DNA of 64,000 bases from contig CM052817.1 of NCBI GenBank assembly GCA_028534125.1, positions 76,510,001-76,574,000 on the forward strand. The letters are read 5' to 3'. The position numbers and the translations under genes were made by a program. Under the pieces are notes generated by a model, which was not told where the DNA came from, ran no database searches, and saw nothing but the letters and a program-made list of their open reading frames with translations. Positions 1 through 13,600 of the stretch are shown here, piece by piece; position 1 is the first letter of the stretch; the number at the start of each line of letters is the position of its first letter. Source of the DNA: Lama glama. Its lineage: Eukaryota.

Positions 1-2330
1 ATGCATATTAAAAGGATAAGGAATATTATAAACAACTCTATGCCCACAAGTTTAAAAACACAGGTAAAACAGACAAATGTCTTTTCTTGAAAGACACAAT
101 CTGCTAAAACTCACTCAAGAAGAAAAAGACAATCTGATTAGTACTATATCTATCAAAAAAACTGAATAAATAATTAACAACCATCCAAATAGAAAGTCTA
201 AAACCCAGATGAGTTCACTGGTGAATTTTACCAAACATTTAAGGAATAAATTATACCAATATTCTACAAACTCTTCCAAAACATAGAAGCAGAGGGAATA
301 CTTCCTAATTCATTCTATAAGGCCAGCATTACCCTAATACCAAAATGAGACCAAGACATTACAGTAAAAAAGAAAACTAGCACAGTAGCTTTCAAAAACA
401 GGGATGCAAAAATTCTCAATATTAGCAAATGAATCCAACAATGCATAAAAAGAATTATACACCATGACCAAATGTGAATTATTCAGATATCCAAGTCTGG
501 AATGACATTTCAAAATAAATTTATTATTACTGTTGTTGTTGTTAGTTTAATCCACCACAACAACAGGATAAAGAAAAAAATCATGTGATCATATCAATAA
601 TGCAGAAAAGACATCTGACAAAATTTAACATTCATTCATGATAAAAAAATACTTAGCTGAGAATGAAATGGAAGTTCCACAATTTGATTAAGAAAATCTA
701 CAGTAAATCTACAGCCAAAATGTGTAACGAGCTCAAATTTCCTCACTAAAATCAGTTAGAAGGAAAGGATATACCCTCTCACCACTGCTTCTCAACATTG
801 TGCTGGAAGCCCTAGCTAATGAAATCAGAAAAGAAGAAATTAAATGCATACAGACTGAGAAGGAAGAAAACTCAAATGACATAATTGTATGAGTAGAAAA
901 TTGAAATAATAAATAAGACTTCTGGAACTAACATGTGATTATATCAATGTTGTTAGACACAAGGTTAATATACAAAACTCAATCACTTTCCTATATACCA
1001 ATAATGAATGAACAACTACAATTTGAAATTAAGACAAATACCATTTACATTAGCACTGAAGAAAATGAAATATTTAAGTAAAAATCTAACAAAATATGGA
1101 CAAGAGCTATATGAGGAAAATAACTCTGATGAATGAAATAAAATAAAACTAAATAAACTGAGAGATAGTCCATGTTTATGGCTAGGAAGACTTTATATTG
1201 TCAACATTTCAGTTAATCCCAACTTGATCTATAGCTTCTATGGACTGCTAATAAAAATCCCAGCATGTTGTCTTACGGATACTGACAAACGGATTCTAAA
1301 GTATATACTAAGAGGCAAAAGACTCAGAATAGCTAACACAATATTGAAAGAGGAGAATAAAATTGGAGGACCAACACTACCGAACCTTAAGAGTTGCTAG
1401 AAAGTTACAGTAATCAAGGCAGTATGGTACCTTGAAATAACAAATAGATCATTGGAACAGAAGAGAGAAACCAGATACAGACCCATATAAATATAGTCAA
1501 CTAATCTTTGACAAAGAAGCCAAGGCTATATAATGTAGCAAAGATAAATTCTTCAACAAATGGTGTTGGAACAACTGGACATCCATATGAAAAAAATTTA
1601 ATCTAGACACTGACTTTATACTCTTCACAAATATTAACTCAAGATGTGTCACATTTAATTTACCTAAATGTAAAATTAAAAATGATAAAACTCCTAAAAG
1701 ATAACAGAGGATAAAACTTAGAAGACCTTGAGTAGGGCAATGACTTTTTAGATACAACACCAAAGGCATAACCATGGAAGAAAGAATGGGTAAGTTGGAT
1801 TTTATTAAAAGTAAAAAGTGCTCTATGAAAGAAAATGTGAAGATAATAAGATGAGCCACAGACTAGGAGAAAATATTTAAAACAAACAAACAAAACACAT
1901 CTGATAGAGGACTGTTATCTAATACATACAGAGAACTCTTAAAACTCAACAGTAAGTAAACAAACAACCCAATTAAAAGTTGGGCCAAAGACCTTAACAG
2001 ACACCTCACTAAACAAGATATATAAATGGCAAATATGCATATGAAAAGATGCTCTATGTAATATGTTACCAGAGAATTAGAAATTACAACAAAAAGAAAT
2101 ACTACTACACACCTATTAGAATGACCAAATACTGAAACACTGACAACGTCAAATGTTGCCAATGATGTCTAGCACGAGGAACTCTCATTCATTGCTAGTG
2201 GAAGTACCAAACGGTACAGCTACTGTGCAAGACACTTTGGAGCTTTCTTGCAAAACTAAACTCATTCTTACCATATGATCACAAAAGCACACTCTTTGGT
2301 ATTTTAGTAAATGAGTTGAAAACTCATGTG
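1..2330 (+). mobile_element. Old LINE-1 (L1MB/L1MC-like) ORF2 RT-to-C-terminal fragment, decayed
   Basis: Continuous L1 ORF2-like sequence (e.g. ttcactggtgaattttaccaaacatttaagg; ttcaacaaatggtgttggaacaactggac) running into the start of the 3' UTR (ccatatgatc...aatgagttgaaaactcatgtg); many stops and frameshifts. Confidence 0.93.
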
Positions 2331-2379
2331 CCCAGATGTCTGAGTATCTCTATTGACGTGCCTCCTCTTTCCAACCTGT

Positions 2380-2650
2380 ACCATAAACTCTCGCCATTTC
2401 AGCAACTGCAAACACCTGTTTCTTCCTCTTCAAATCACTCTGCCTGGGCTTCTCTGTTCCTGTACCACCACTGGAAAATTGACACCAGGAAGGGAGAAGT
2501 AGAGTTCACCTAATGTATTCCTTCTTCTCAAAGGTGACATGAGTGTGCTCTCTGGTGTACAGTATCTGTAAACAGTTTCTTCATATATTTCATCAATATA
2601 CTTCTTTATCACAAGAAGGGAATTCTGAAACCAGCTACTCTACTCTGTTA
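2380..2650 (-). mobile_element. Ancient L1 5'-end fragment, antisense
   Basis: cagtatctgtaaacagtttcttcatatattt resembles the reverse complement of old L1M 5' UTRs. Confidence 0.4.
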
Positions 2651-2824
2651 CAGCCAGGAATCCCTTATCTCCATGCTATCTAGGCCTGTCATTTTTGTCA
2701 TTTTGTGTCTGCTTAAATGTCACTATTTCTGGTTATCCTACACAATGCCATACCTGTTTAGTGACTCCTCCTCAAATCACTATTTTTGACACTTCTCATC
2801 TTACTATTTGAGAATGCACTCTAG

Positions 2825-3075
2825 AGTAATGATCAAAGTTACAGAGCATGAAACAGGATGGCCAAAGTCTGCATGTCAGCTTCAGTATTTAGTGTGTAGC
2901 TTTGCTAAGTCACTCTTTGTTAAGTGAGCCTTGGCTAATACTATATACTGTTTCATAATTCATAAAATTAGATTATAATTATGGTACTTACCACATATGT
3001 TTTTGTTGAATTTAATAACATTATATATATATAAACATTTAAAAACACATAGCACCAAATAAATGTTGGCTACAC
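2825..3075 (+). mobile_element. MIR SINE
   Basis: Degenerate MIR core (gctaagtcact...taaaattagattataattatggtacttacc) ending aaataaatgttggcta. Confidence 0.65.
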
Positions 3076-3134
3076 AGTATTCTCCACAGAGTTATTATTT
3101 TTAATTATATATACGTTTCATAGTTATTTTACTA

Positions 3135-3262
3135 GCCCTTTTATTAGAATGTAACTATATGACAGCTGGGAACTTGTTTATTAATCACTTTATAACAAAA
3201 ATCTAATAAAGTGCTTTGAACACAGTAGGAAGTATTAAATGTTTTTGAATGAACACATGAAT
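3135..3262 (+). mobile_element. L2 3' end
   Basis: tagaatgtaact...acacagtagg...aaatgtttttgaatgaa, typical L2 terminus. Confidence 0.65.
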
Positions 3263-3389
3263 ATATTTGAACAAACTCAATATATTCACTAAGAGAAGAT
3301 AAATGTATGTATTAATTACAATGGGGTTATCAAAGTAATCTGTAACAGAACATAAGAATCCATGTCAGTTAAGGCAGAAGTTGGTTGCC

Positions 3390-3890
3390 TTGCTTTTTCC
3401 TTAATACTTTTGAGATTTATCCATGTTGTTGCAAGTATTGGTAATTTGTTTGATATTACTGAGTAGTATTTCATTTTATGGATATAAAGCAAGTTGTTTA
3501 GTGACCCTCCAGTTGATGAACATTTAAATGGTTTCTACTTTTTGGATATTATACACAAAGCTTCTTTTTGTAGATAAGTTTTTATCTATCCTCAGAATGA
3601 AATTATTTATTTATCTAGGAATGAAATTGCTGTATCAGTTTTCCAAAATGGTATTAACTTTTAACACTCCTACCAGAAATATTATGAGTGTTTCACTTGT
3701 TTTCATTCATTGTCAACTATTGGTGTTCCCCAAATTTTGTTATTCTAGGAATTTTAGTCTATTTTTGAAATGGTATCCAAGATAGTTTTAGTTTACATTT
3801 CCTGGGTTACTAGTAAACTTGGGGATATTTTCTTGTGATTGATCAATGGCCATTCATACATTTTCTTTGGTGAAGGGTCTGTCTGTTCAA
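3390..3890 (-). mobile_element. L1ME-like 3' region, antisense
   Basis: ttttgagatttatccatgttgttgca...gagtagtatttcatt...gttgatgaacattt is the reverse complement of the L1 ORF2 end/3' UTR. Confidence 0.8.
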
Positions 3891-5609
3891 AAAGTAGATA
3901 TGACAAAATCAAGGACTTAATGAGATGCCAGAGAACAGATGTCATCATCTAGTTGGTTTTGAAAAAATTACCTATCTGAAAAGGAAAAGCTATGGAAAAT
4001 TATTTCGGCAGTTCTTTACTTCCCCTATTTTAAGGCTTAGGCCTATCGCTTTTAGCAACAGCATTATTTCTGCTTTACAACATGTATGACTAAACAACTG
4101 GTGCCTAAGTGTCTCTTGCACATGCAATGCTAATGCAGGCCAGCACCAGATTTCCTGAATAGCTTCTTCAATACAGATTTTAAAATCAATAAATACAATA
4201 AAGCTGATAACTGGAAAACAATGCATCTGTTGCCAGACTGACCTAGGATTTAATTATTTGTAAAGAATAAAAGAAAATAGAAAAATTTGAATTTCAAACT
4301 GCGTTTACAGTAATCTACTGACACCCAAGGGTTCAAAATGTAAATGATTACAAACTATCATTCAAAAGAATTTCAGATGATTTTGTTGTTGTACTGTCCT
4401 TTAGAGTTCTAAGTCATAACCTTCTCATGTCAAATAACCTTGTTATTTACTTATTTTTGATTTGGTTATTTTAAATTGAATCCCATGTGGGAATTACCAT
4501 TTAACTAACATAGTGACACTATTTGTACTTATTTTATATTGAGGGGTTGTTAATAAGATAACAAATAATTTAATCTTAGTCTAAGATTATTACATTCTTG
4601 AATTTCTTTAATAGTGCAACATTTAATTAATTAAAATAATTAACATTAGAATCCCAAGATTTGCCTTGTTAATCAAGTTTTGTTGGAAATTTTGACATAA
4701 ATTATAGAGTGGATAATTTAATTGCAACTGTTTTAGAGTTATGATACTAATTTCTCACTTATGACTATTATAGGATATTGGTAATTAAAGAACATATATT
4801 AAAAAGTACATACGATGAATATTAGAGTGGAAATAAAAGTACAGTATTTAATAAGTTATTACAGAATATCCCAACTTTACTGAATGAACACACTGTACAT
4901 ATGCATACAAATTACAGATTTTGAAAGTAATGAAAAGACTAATAAAATAGAGAATATGGAGATTCATGTTTCTTAAATTCTATTAAAACTCTGAGTCAAC
5001 CTTTTAAAAATATTTATATTTGGAGGATTATAATATTGTGATCAATGAACTCCTTGACAAATACCCCATTTGAGTTGATGGGGAGGACACTGGAAGACAC
5101 TGCAAAATTTATCATTTGAAAAATATTCCACTACAATTTTATGATTTCTCCTAGTGAGAGAGCTTTGCTTTCCTGCTCACTGCAGAATCCAGGATCATCA
5201 GTTTCTAGAATAGAACCATACACATACTGGGAGATCTATAAATAAATGGGGGATAAATTAAAGACGACTCCATTAACAAGCCTATTCTTGTTTAAAGATC
5301 ATTTAAGCAAATCTCTGTTCATCAAAACACACACTACTTCAAGCTGATATGACATTAAATGGCTTATGTTAAATAAAATTCTTTGGAAATGTACTTAATT
5401 CCTGAAACTAAACTCTGCAAAAAACATCACTGATTTGTGCATCATGCAGACAGTATTCCAGTTCACTTTCTCAAACAACTTGCAACTTACTAGGAGGAAA
5501 CTGCATGCATCCTACTAAGTTTAGTTTAAGTGAAATCCATATATACTATAAGAGAAGTAGAAAAATCTCCGGTATTTAAAGAATGAAAAATGTATTCTAT
5601 AGTATAGAC

Positions 5610-6130
5610 TTCAAGATGAGGAGGAAGGAAGGGTGTGTAATGTTGGCTCTTGATAGATGAGTCAGAAATACGGAAAGTAACATGTGACAAGACAGAAGAA
5701 AAGCATAGCACGTGTCCAGGGAGTAGTAATTAACCAATCTGGGTTTATACCTTGAGGCTTAATACATAGCAACCCTTTCTGAGGCCAGTATGAGTGGTTT
5801 CTTTGAAAGGGCTGAAGTCAGTGGTGGAAGACAGGTGAGCAAACAAATGCTTGCTGGAGGCCTGAGGCAAGAGACAGAGAAGCTCTTAAGCACATTAGAG
5901 GCCTTGTTGATAAAAATTAATCAGTTGCAGTAATTCAAAAATTAAATCACCCAAACTGTAAAATTTGTCAACAACTGATACAGGAGGAGAAGCTATTGCA
6001 AATGCTGATGTTTTGAAACTTTGTGGGTGGTGTCATTTAAGAGAACTAGCTAGGACAGAGGGGAATCTATTTTGGTAGTGGTTGTTGGATTTAATTCTGG
6101 TTCTGTTGAGTTTGAAGTACTGAGACATGA
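5610..6130 (-). mobile_element. L2 fragments, antisense
   Basis: Purine-rich L2 antisense motifs (tgggtggtgtcattt; tgttgagtttgaagtactgagacat). Confidence 0.5.
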
Positions 6131-6569
6131 ATTTGACCCTAGGATATTCTACACACCTTAGATTTCAAATGGACCTTTACTGAAAATGCCAAGTGATATG
6201 TAGACCCATAGAATTGAGCACTATTGTATCTTTCCCTATATATTTTCTACTTATCTTTACTTCACCAATTGAGTCTTTCTAGTCTCTAGCCTCCTTTTTC
6301 TTCCCAATTAATTTGACTCAGGATAAAATATGGTGTTTAATATTTAAACTTTAAAATGAACCAATTTAATTGTGTGTTTAAATGTTCTGTTAACTTTGAT
6401 TCTAATGAAAACCTATAATTACATGTTTAATATTTAGTAAATTTATACAGATGCAATGTATTACTGGAAGAAGACTGTGAACTAAACAAGAAAACTGCCT
6501 TGGTAAACCTGGTCTTAAAGCAGCACTTCCTGTACTTTATTTAATTTTATATTTGCATTTTATTCATAT

Positions 6570-6900
6570 AAGCCGCTCTCTCTCCTGGAAATCTCTTCCT
6601 CCCACTCTTCTCATCCTTTCCTCTTATTTTTCAAAGCTCAGCGAAAATTCAACTCCTAAGCCAGGCTCTCAAAAGCCCAATATAATCTCCTCTGTTATTT
6701 TCTGACTCATCAGAGTTGTCACTTTTTATGATTACATGTCTTCTAATATGGGTAAATGTTTATTTCCTAAGTCACCACCAGCCTGTAAACTCATGAAGAC
6801 AGAGGTGGTATCTGTTTTGTTTACAAATGTAAAATCAACACCTAACTTGGTGTTTCTTCATAAGGAGAATTTAACATATTTTTGAGTGACTGAATGAATA
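6570..6900 (+). mobile_element. L2 3' end
   Basis: ctgtaaactcatgaagacagaggtggtatctgttttgttt...tttttgagtgactgaatgaat. Confidence 0.7.
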
Positions 6901-7994
6901 CTGGTGGGAAAACCAGTAAAATACAAACCTCATGCCCTACTAAGTAATTTATTCAACATACACCCGTTCTGATACTTAAGTGTCTGATTTTCAAGAATAT
7001 TAAGCATGTGTGGCAGATATGAACAGCTTTATCAGGACAGTTATCATATATTATAGCTCAGTTAAATTTTGATAAATATATGAGTCTCTCAAAATCTGAA
7101 TACTCCATTTGCAAGCTGCTCTTCTTCATTTCCTCTTAAAATCTTCTCCATTAACTATTATGTACCTTCAAGTTGGCACTGCCATATTTTAAGTGATTCT
7201 AGGTCGTGCCAATCATATGGAAGAGAAGAAGCTTTGTTTGTGACTGGGTTTCGTAATTAATTTGAGTGGCTTGAAATACGGTTTGTTCATGGAGTCACTG
7301 GAGAGGCATACTATTATTAAAAGCCAGATGGCAGTACAATTTACATGCCTAGCAGGCCCCAAATCATCTCCTAGTAGAACATTATGAAAATGGTTTTGGT
7401 TCCCCTCAGTAATTACCAATTCAAATAATCTCACTTTTATTCTAACTTTATAAATGACAAGTATATTGCTATCTGAAATTCTTTTTTTTTTATTTGACGT
7501 AACATTGATCTTTTTGGCAAGTGAATTCGTTTACTAGGCATATCTTATAATGTTTAAATAGGAAACTAAAAGATACAGCAATCAAATTACTTGAAAAGTA
7601 GAAATTCCTAGATAGGTTTCTCAACACATAAAATTCCCTTTCTTATTTTACTTTGGTCACTTATTGTTTTATTTCATTTATAACAGGTATTTTTATAATT
7701 CAGTATGGCTTGGTATCTCCAGAGAATCATATTCTCAAAAATATTCATTTTATTGTGCATTTCTTTACATACAGTGTTTGCCATAATCAGCAAAGAACAA
7801 ATATTCCAATTATGCTATCAAATGGAATATAAGATTACCTTATTTCAAAGGGTGCATTAATTTGGCTAGATTGTTAGAATGTCTTTTAACAAAATATATC
7901 ACGCTGGAGAAAACATTTTCTTAGGACATTATCTAAGATGTTGCAGACAGAATCTGAGAAACCTATATAATTGCTTTAGAAAGGAAAAACAAAA

Positions 7995-8372
7995 ACTACT
8001 ACTCGGCAATAAAAAGCAACAAACTGTTGTTTCATACTACAACTTGGATGATTGCCAAAATAATTATACCAAGCGAAAGGAGTCAGGTAATAAAAAGTAT
8101 GTGCTGTATGGATTCGTTCATATAAAACTAAAAAAAATGCAAACTAATCTATACTGGATGAAAACACACTAGTGTTTGCCTGGGGAGGGGAACTGGAAAG
8201 GGAGAGAAGTATTTAAGGGGAAGAGGGCACTGCTGGGATGCTAAGTATGTTCACTGTTTTGATCGTGGTAATGGTTTCATGGGTTTATCCACATACCAAA
8301 AATATATCAAACTGTACACTTTAAATATGTGAAAACTTATTATATGTCAATTATAACCCAGAAAAGCTACTA
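7995..8372 (+). mobile_element. Old L1 (L1MC/D/E-like) 3' UTR
   Basis: actactcggcaataaaaag...atgcaaactaatctata...aaactgtacactttaaatatgtg...tgtcaattata. Confidence 0.85.
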
Positions 8373-8669
8373 AAGTAATAAATTGAAAAGAACCATAATT
8401 AATTAATCAACATACGTTTACTGAAATCTAAGCTTACATTTCTATGAAGATTGGACAATTTAAAGAGGAAAAAGATAAAGCTTGTAATAAATCTCAGTTT
8501 ACCTTTATGTGTCAAGTAATTTTCTAGCACTCTAAAAGCTTTATTTCATTTAGTGATTATGATAAAATAGGAACTTAACTGACAATAAAAGTATGAATTG
8601 AGGTTCAAGGTCAAGTGTCTAAAAAAGAATGATTCATCCATGCCAATTTACATTTTCAATTTAAAAGTA

Positions 8670-8806
8670 TTTTATTTTGGGTTTTTTTTGGGGGGGGCGC
8701 TAATTAGATTCATTTACTAATTTATTTTAATGGAGGTATGGGGGATTGAACCCAGGTACTCATGCATGCTAAGCACACACTCTACTGCTGAGCTATACAC
8801 TCCCTG
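8670..8806 (-). mobile_element. tRNA-Ala-derived camelid SINE (Vic-1 type)
   Basis: Reverse complement reads gggagtgtatagctcagcagtagagtgtgtgcttagcatgcatgagtacctgggttcaatcccc plus AT-rich tail; homologous to the copy at 61837. Confidence 0.9.
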
Positions 8807-9014
8807 CCTAAAAATGTTTTAAAATAAATTCTTGTACTTATTTATAAGTTTGAATCTTCAAATTAGTATTTGATAATCTAAAAATATAATTTCTATTTAA
8901 TATGCAAATATCTCATATAGATTGATAATAACAAATAATCATAATATCAAAATAAATTAGATATTTTTTCCTTTATAGAAATATATAACTTATAGAAATA
9001 TATAGAATAATATT

Positions 9015-10660
9015 AGCAAAGACAATGTCTGGTTCTTTGAAAAGACAGACATAATGAATAAACCCCTAACTAGTCTGATCAAGGATAAAAAAAGAGGTAA
9101 CACAAATTGACAGCATCAGAATGAAAGGTGAGAAAGGTTATCACCATATTTCTATTAGGTGTTAAAAGGATATTAAGAGAATAATAAAAACTAACAATTC
9201 AGGTGATATGGATAATTTTGAAAAAAATAACAAAATGGACATAATTTGAAACATAGTCTGAATACCCCCTACCTACAGCTATTAAATTAATTCATGATCA
9301 ACTTTACTACAAAGAAAATTCTAATTTAGATTGCTTCATTGGGAAATTTTATGAAACACGTTAGTAGACAAAGACTATCTAACTTACACAAATTTCATCA
9401 ACAAATAGAAGTGGGACTACTTCTGAGTATCAGGGCCATATTATCATAATTCCAAAACTTATTAAAAATAAAATTATTGCTAACAGTTGTCAAGAATTTA
9501 GAAAAATTCCTAAACAAGTATAGCACAATGAATCCACTAATGTGTAAAATAATAAAATAATATGTTAATACTGTGACTTACCCCAAATTTCATGAATATA
9601 TAGGCATTTGAAATAGCATTCGTTGTAATTAACCATATTATCAAAATAAAGGGAGGAAAAACCATGTGATCACTCCAGTATACATATGATCTTCCTTTCT
9701 TTTATACAGAAAGGCATTTGATAAAATTTCAAAAGGAAGTTTTCAATTGAAAAAGAAGAAAAGAAAGGAAAACCACTTGGCAGTTTAAAAACAGAAGGAA
9801 ACTTTCTTCTTCCTCAGACTAAAATAGGGTCTCAGCTAAAAATTGACGGCTGACCTAATAATAAATGGTAAGTTATTGAGTAATTTAGTCTATTATGAGG
9901 AAGAAGGAAAGGAAATACACTCTAACCATTTCTATTCAACATTACACAAGAGATGCCAATCACTGCAATAGGCAAGAAAAAGAAATAATGGACATAATGA
10001 TCAGAAAGTAAAACTTCATTGATTTGCATATGACAATTGTCTACATAGAAAATATAAGGAGTCCACAAAACAATTACTACAACTATCAATTAATATAGAT
10101 CATAGGATAAAATGTAAATAGAAAAAGTATATGTTAATTACATGTATATGTATTACTTATACAGTAACATGTAATAAATATACATGTTTCCGAAGTGTTA
10201 GAAATTGACACTAAAAACAAATATATAATAGCATCAAAATAATAAAATTCTTAGAAATAAGTTTATAAATATAAGCTTTGAACACTGAAAACTATTGAGA
10301 CAAAGTAAATAAAACCCAGGAGAAATGTGTTATCATGTTCATAGACAGAAAGACAATATTATTATCCTACCAATTTTCAAGTAAATTTATCTAGATTCAA
10401 TACAGCTTCAATCAAAATTTCAGCAGAAGTGTTTGTAGAAATCAACTATTTATATGGAAATTCAAAGGATGTTGAATATCCAAAGCAATTTTGATAAAGA
10501 AGGATAGTAGGTTGGAGGACTTTTACTACCTTAATTCAAGAGTCATTATAAAACTACAGTAATCAACTCAATGTTATATTGTCATAAGAATAAAATAATA
10601 GAATAGTGAGTCTCAAAAGAAAGCAGTTTTACAGACATCTGATTTTTGATAAAGGTGCCA
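9015..10660 (+). mobile_element. Highly decayed old L1 ORF2
   Basis: tggttctttgaaaagac, gcatttgataaaatt, ctattcaacatt, gttggaggacttttactacc, tgatttttgataaaggtgcca in L1 order. Confidence 0.85.
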
Positions 10661-13600
10661 GGGGAGACGGGGGCAGGAAACTAGCTGAGCAACTCTTACA
10701 CATTGGGCAAACAAGTAAAAACTACATGAAAGCAGGTGGAAGAGGCTGAGACACACACTTGCCTGAACTCCACACCTGACATGTTGATCCACAATCAGGA
10801 GAGTCCTTAAAACCCTAAGCTTCTGCCTGAGCTCTCCTAGGAATGCAAACACCCCAATTCTTTGACCAACACCTGAAAGATGAGCATCCAAAACACCTAT
10901 CACTGAAAGGCAACAAGGCTCATATGTACACAAGATCCATAAAGCTATAGAAAACCGAGAAATGCTTCTTGAAGGATTCATGTGCATGAACTCACTTACT
11001 CCAGGTTCCATCTAAGAGACAGAACCCACACTTTCTGTGAAAGAGGCTTATTTGCTTATCTTAAAATATTAGCCAATGAGGAAGACGTCTAATTGAACAT
11101 ACATCTAGGGGCCTACTGAATTTGTAGAAGACTAATAACAGACAAAGAAGGTCATTACGTAATAATAAAGTGATAAATCCAATAAGAGGATATAATATTT
11201 GTAAATTTTTATATACTCAAGCCAGGAGCATCTAAATATATAAAGTTAATATTAACAGACTGAAAGGGAGAAATAGATACTAATATAATAATAGTAGGGG
11301 ACCTTATTACCAGACTGTCACCAACAGGTAGATGATCCAGGCAGAAAATCAACAAGAAAAACATGGCTTTAAATGACACATTAGTCCAGATGGACTTAAC
11401 ATAGACAGAACTTTCCACCCCAAAGCAACAGAATACACACTCTTTTCAAGTACACATGTAATATTGACCATAACAGACCATATGTTAGGCCACAAAACAA
11501 GTCTTAATAAATTTAAGAAGACTGAAATCATATTAAACATCTTTTCCATCACAACTCTATGAAACTAGAAATCAATTAAAAGAATAAAACTGGAAAACTT
11601 AAAAATATGTAGAGATTGCACAACATGCAACTGAACATAATAGGTCAAGGAAGAAATCAACAGAAATAAAAAAATCTTGACATAAGTAAAAGGAAATATG
11701 AAATACCCAAATTCATAGGATACAGTAAAAGTGACACTAGGAGAGAAGTTCATAGCTATAAACATACTCTTCAAGAAACAAGAAAAATACTTTTTAAAAT
11801 ATCCTAACTTTACGTATTAAGGACCTAGAAAAAGATGAAAAATAAAGCCCAAAGCTAGAAGAAGAAAATAGCAAAGATCAGAGCAGAAATAAATGAAACA
11901 GAGCCTATGAAGACTAGAAAAGAGCAATGAAACTAAGAACTGGTTCCTTAGAAATATAAACAAAACTATCAAATGACCAACTATATTCACCAATGAATAA
12001 AGGAAACAGACTCAAATAACTAAAATCAGAAATGAAAGAGAAGGCTTTACAATTAATATCACATAAATACAAAGAATCAGAAGAGAATACTATGAACAGT
12101 TGTATGTCAACATATTGGACAACCTAGAATAAACAAATAAATTCCTGGAACATACTATCTAGTAAGACTGAAACATGAATAAATAGAAAATCTGAACAGA
12201 CTGATGACTAGGAAAGAGACTGAATCAGTATTAAAAAGAAAAGAAAAGAAAGAAAAGCCCAGGACCAGATGACTTCACCAGTAAATTCTACCAAACATTT
12301 AAAGAATTAACAGCAATGTTTCTAAAAGTCTTTCAAAATTTAGAAGATGAAAGGCTTCCAAATTTATTTTATGAGGTCAGACTTACCCTTACACCAAAAC
12401 CAGACAAGGAAACCACTAGAAAGTTAAAATACAGGCCAATTTCCCTGTTGAACACAGATGTAAAAATCATCAACAAAATATTAGCAAACCAAATCCAACA
12501 GTACATAAAAAGGATCATAAACCATGATCAAGTGAGATTTATTCCAGGGATACAGGCATGGCTCAACATCACAGATCAATCAAAGCCATACACCACATTA
12601 ATAAAATGAAGGATAAAAATCATATTTCTCAGTGCAACAGAAAAAGCATTTGACAAAATACAACCTCCATTTTTATGATAAACACTCTTAACAAAGTGGG
12701 TAGAGAGAAAATATACATCAACATAACAGGGGGCATACAAGACAAGCCCATGACTAATGTCATACTCGATGAAAATTTGAAAGCTTCTCCTCTAAGATCA
12801 GGAACAAGACAAGGATGCCCACTCTCACCACTTTTATTCAGTGTAGCACTGGAAATCTTAGTCAGAACAACTAGGCAGGAAAAAATAAGTTAAAAGAACC
12901 CAAATGGGAAAGGAACAAGTAAAACTGTCACTATTTGCAGCTGACATGATAGTATACTGAAAGCCCTAAAGACTCCATGAAAAAAAAAGCTATTAGAACC
13001 TAATAAGTGAATTCAACAAAGTCACAGGATTAAAATTAATACACAAAAAATCTTACATGTTTTTACACTTATAACAAAGTAGCAGAAAAACCGAAACAAT
13101 CCCATTTATAACTGCATAAAGAAGAATAAAATGCCTAGGGTTAAATTTAACCTAGGAAGTGAAAAAAACTGCCTGCTTAAAACTGTAAGATATTGATGAA
13201 GAAATTGAAGAAGACATACATAATTGGACAGGTATTCCCTACTCATGGATTGGAAAAATTAATATTGTTAAAAGTCCTTACTACTCAAAACAATCTACAG
13301 ATTCAACGTAACCCACATCAAATTTTCAATGGCTTTTTCTCATAGAGAGAGGATGAACAATTCTAAAATTTGTATGGAATCACAGGAGACCTTGAAGAAC
13401 AAAGTTGGAGGCACCACATTCTGGTTTTGAAGTATATTACAAAATTACAGTAATCAAAACAGTATAGTATTGGCATAAAAACAGACACATCAGTAAGTGA
13501 AATAGAATAGAGAGCTTGGAAATAAACCTACATGTGTGTGGTTAATTAATTTATAACAAAAGAGCCAAGAATATACAATGGGGAAAAAACAGTTTCTTCA

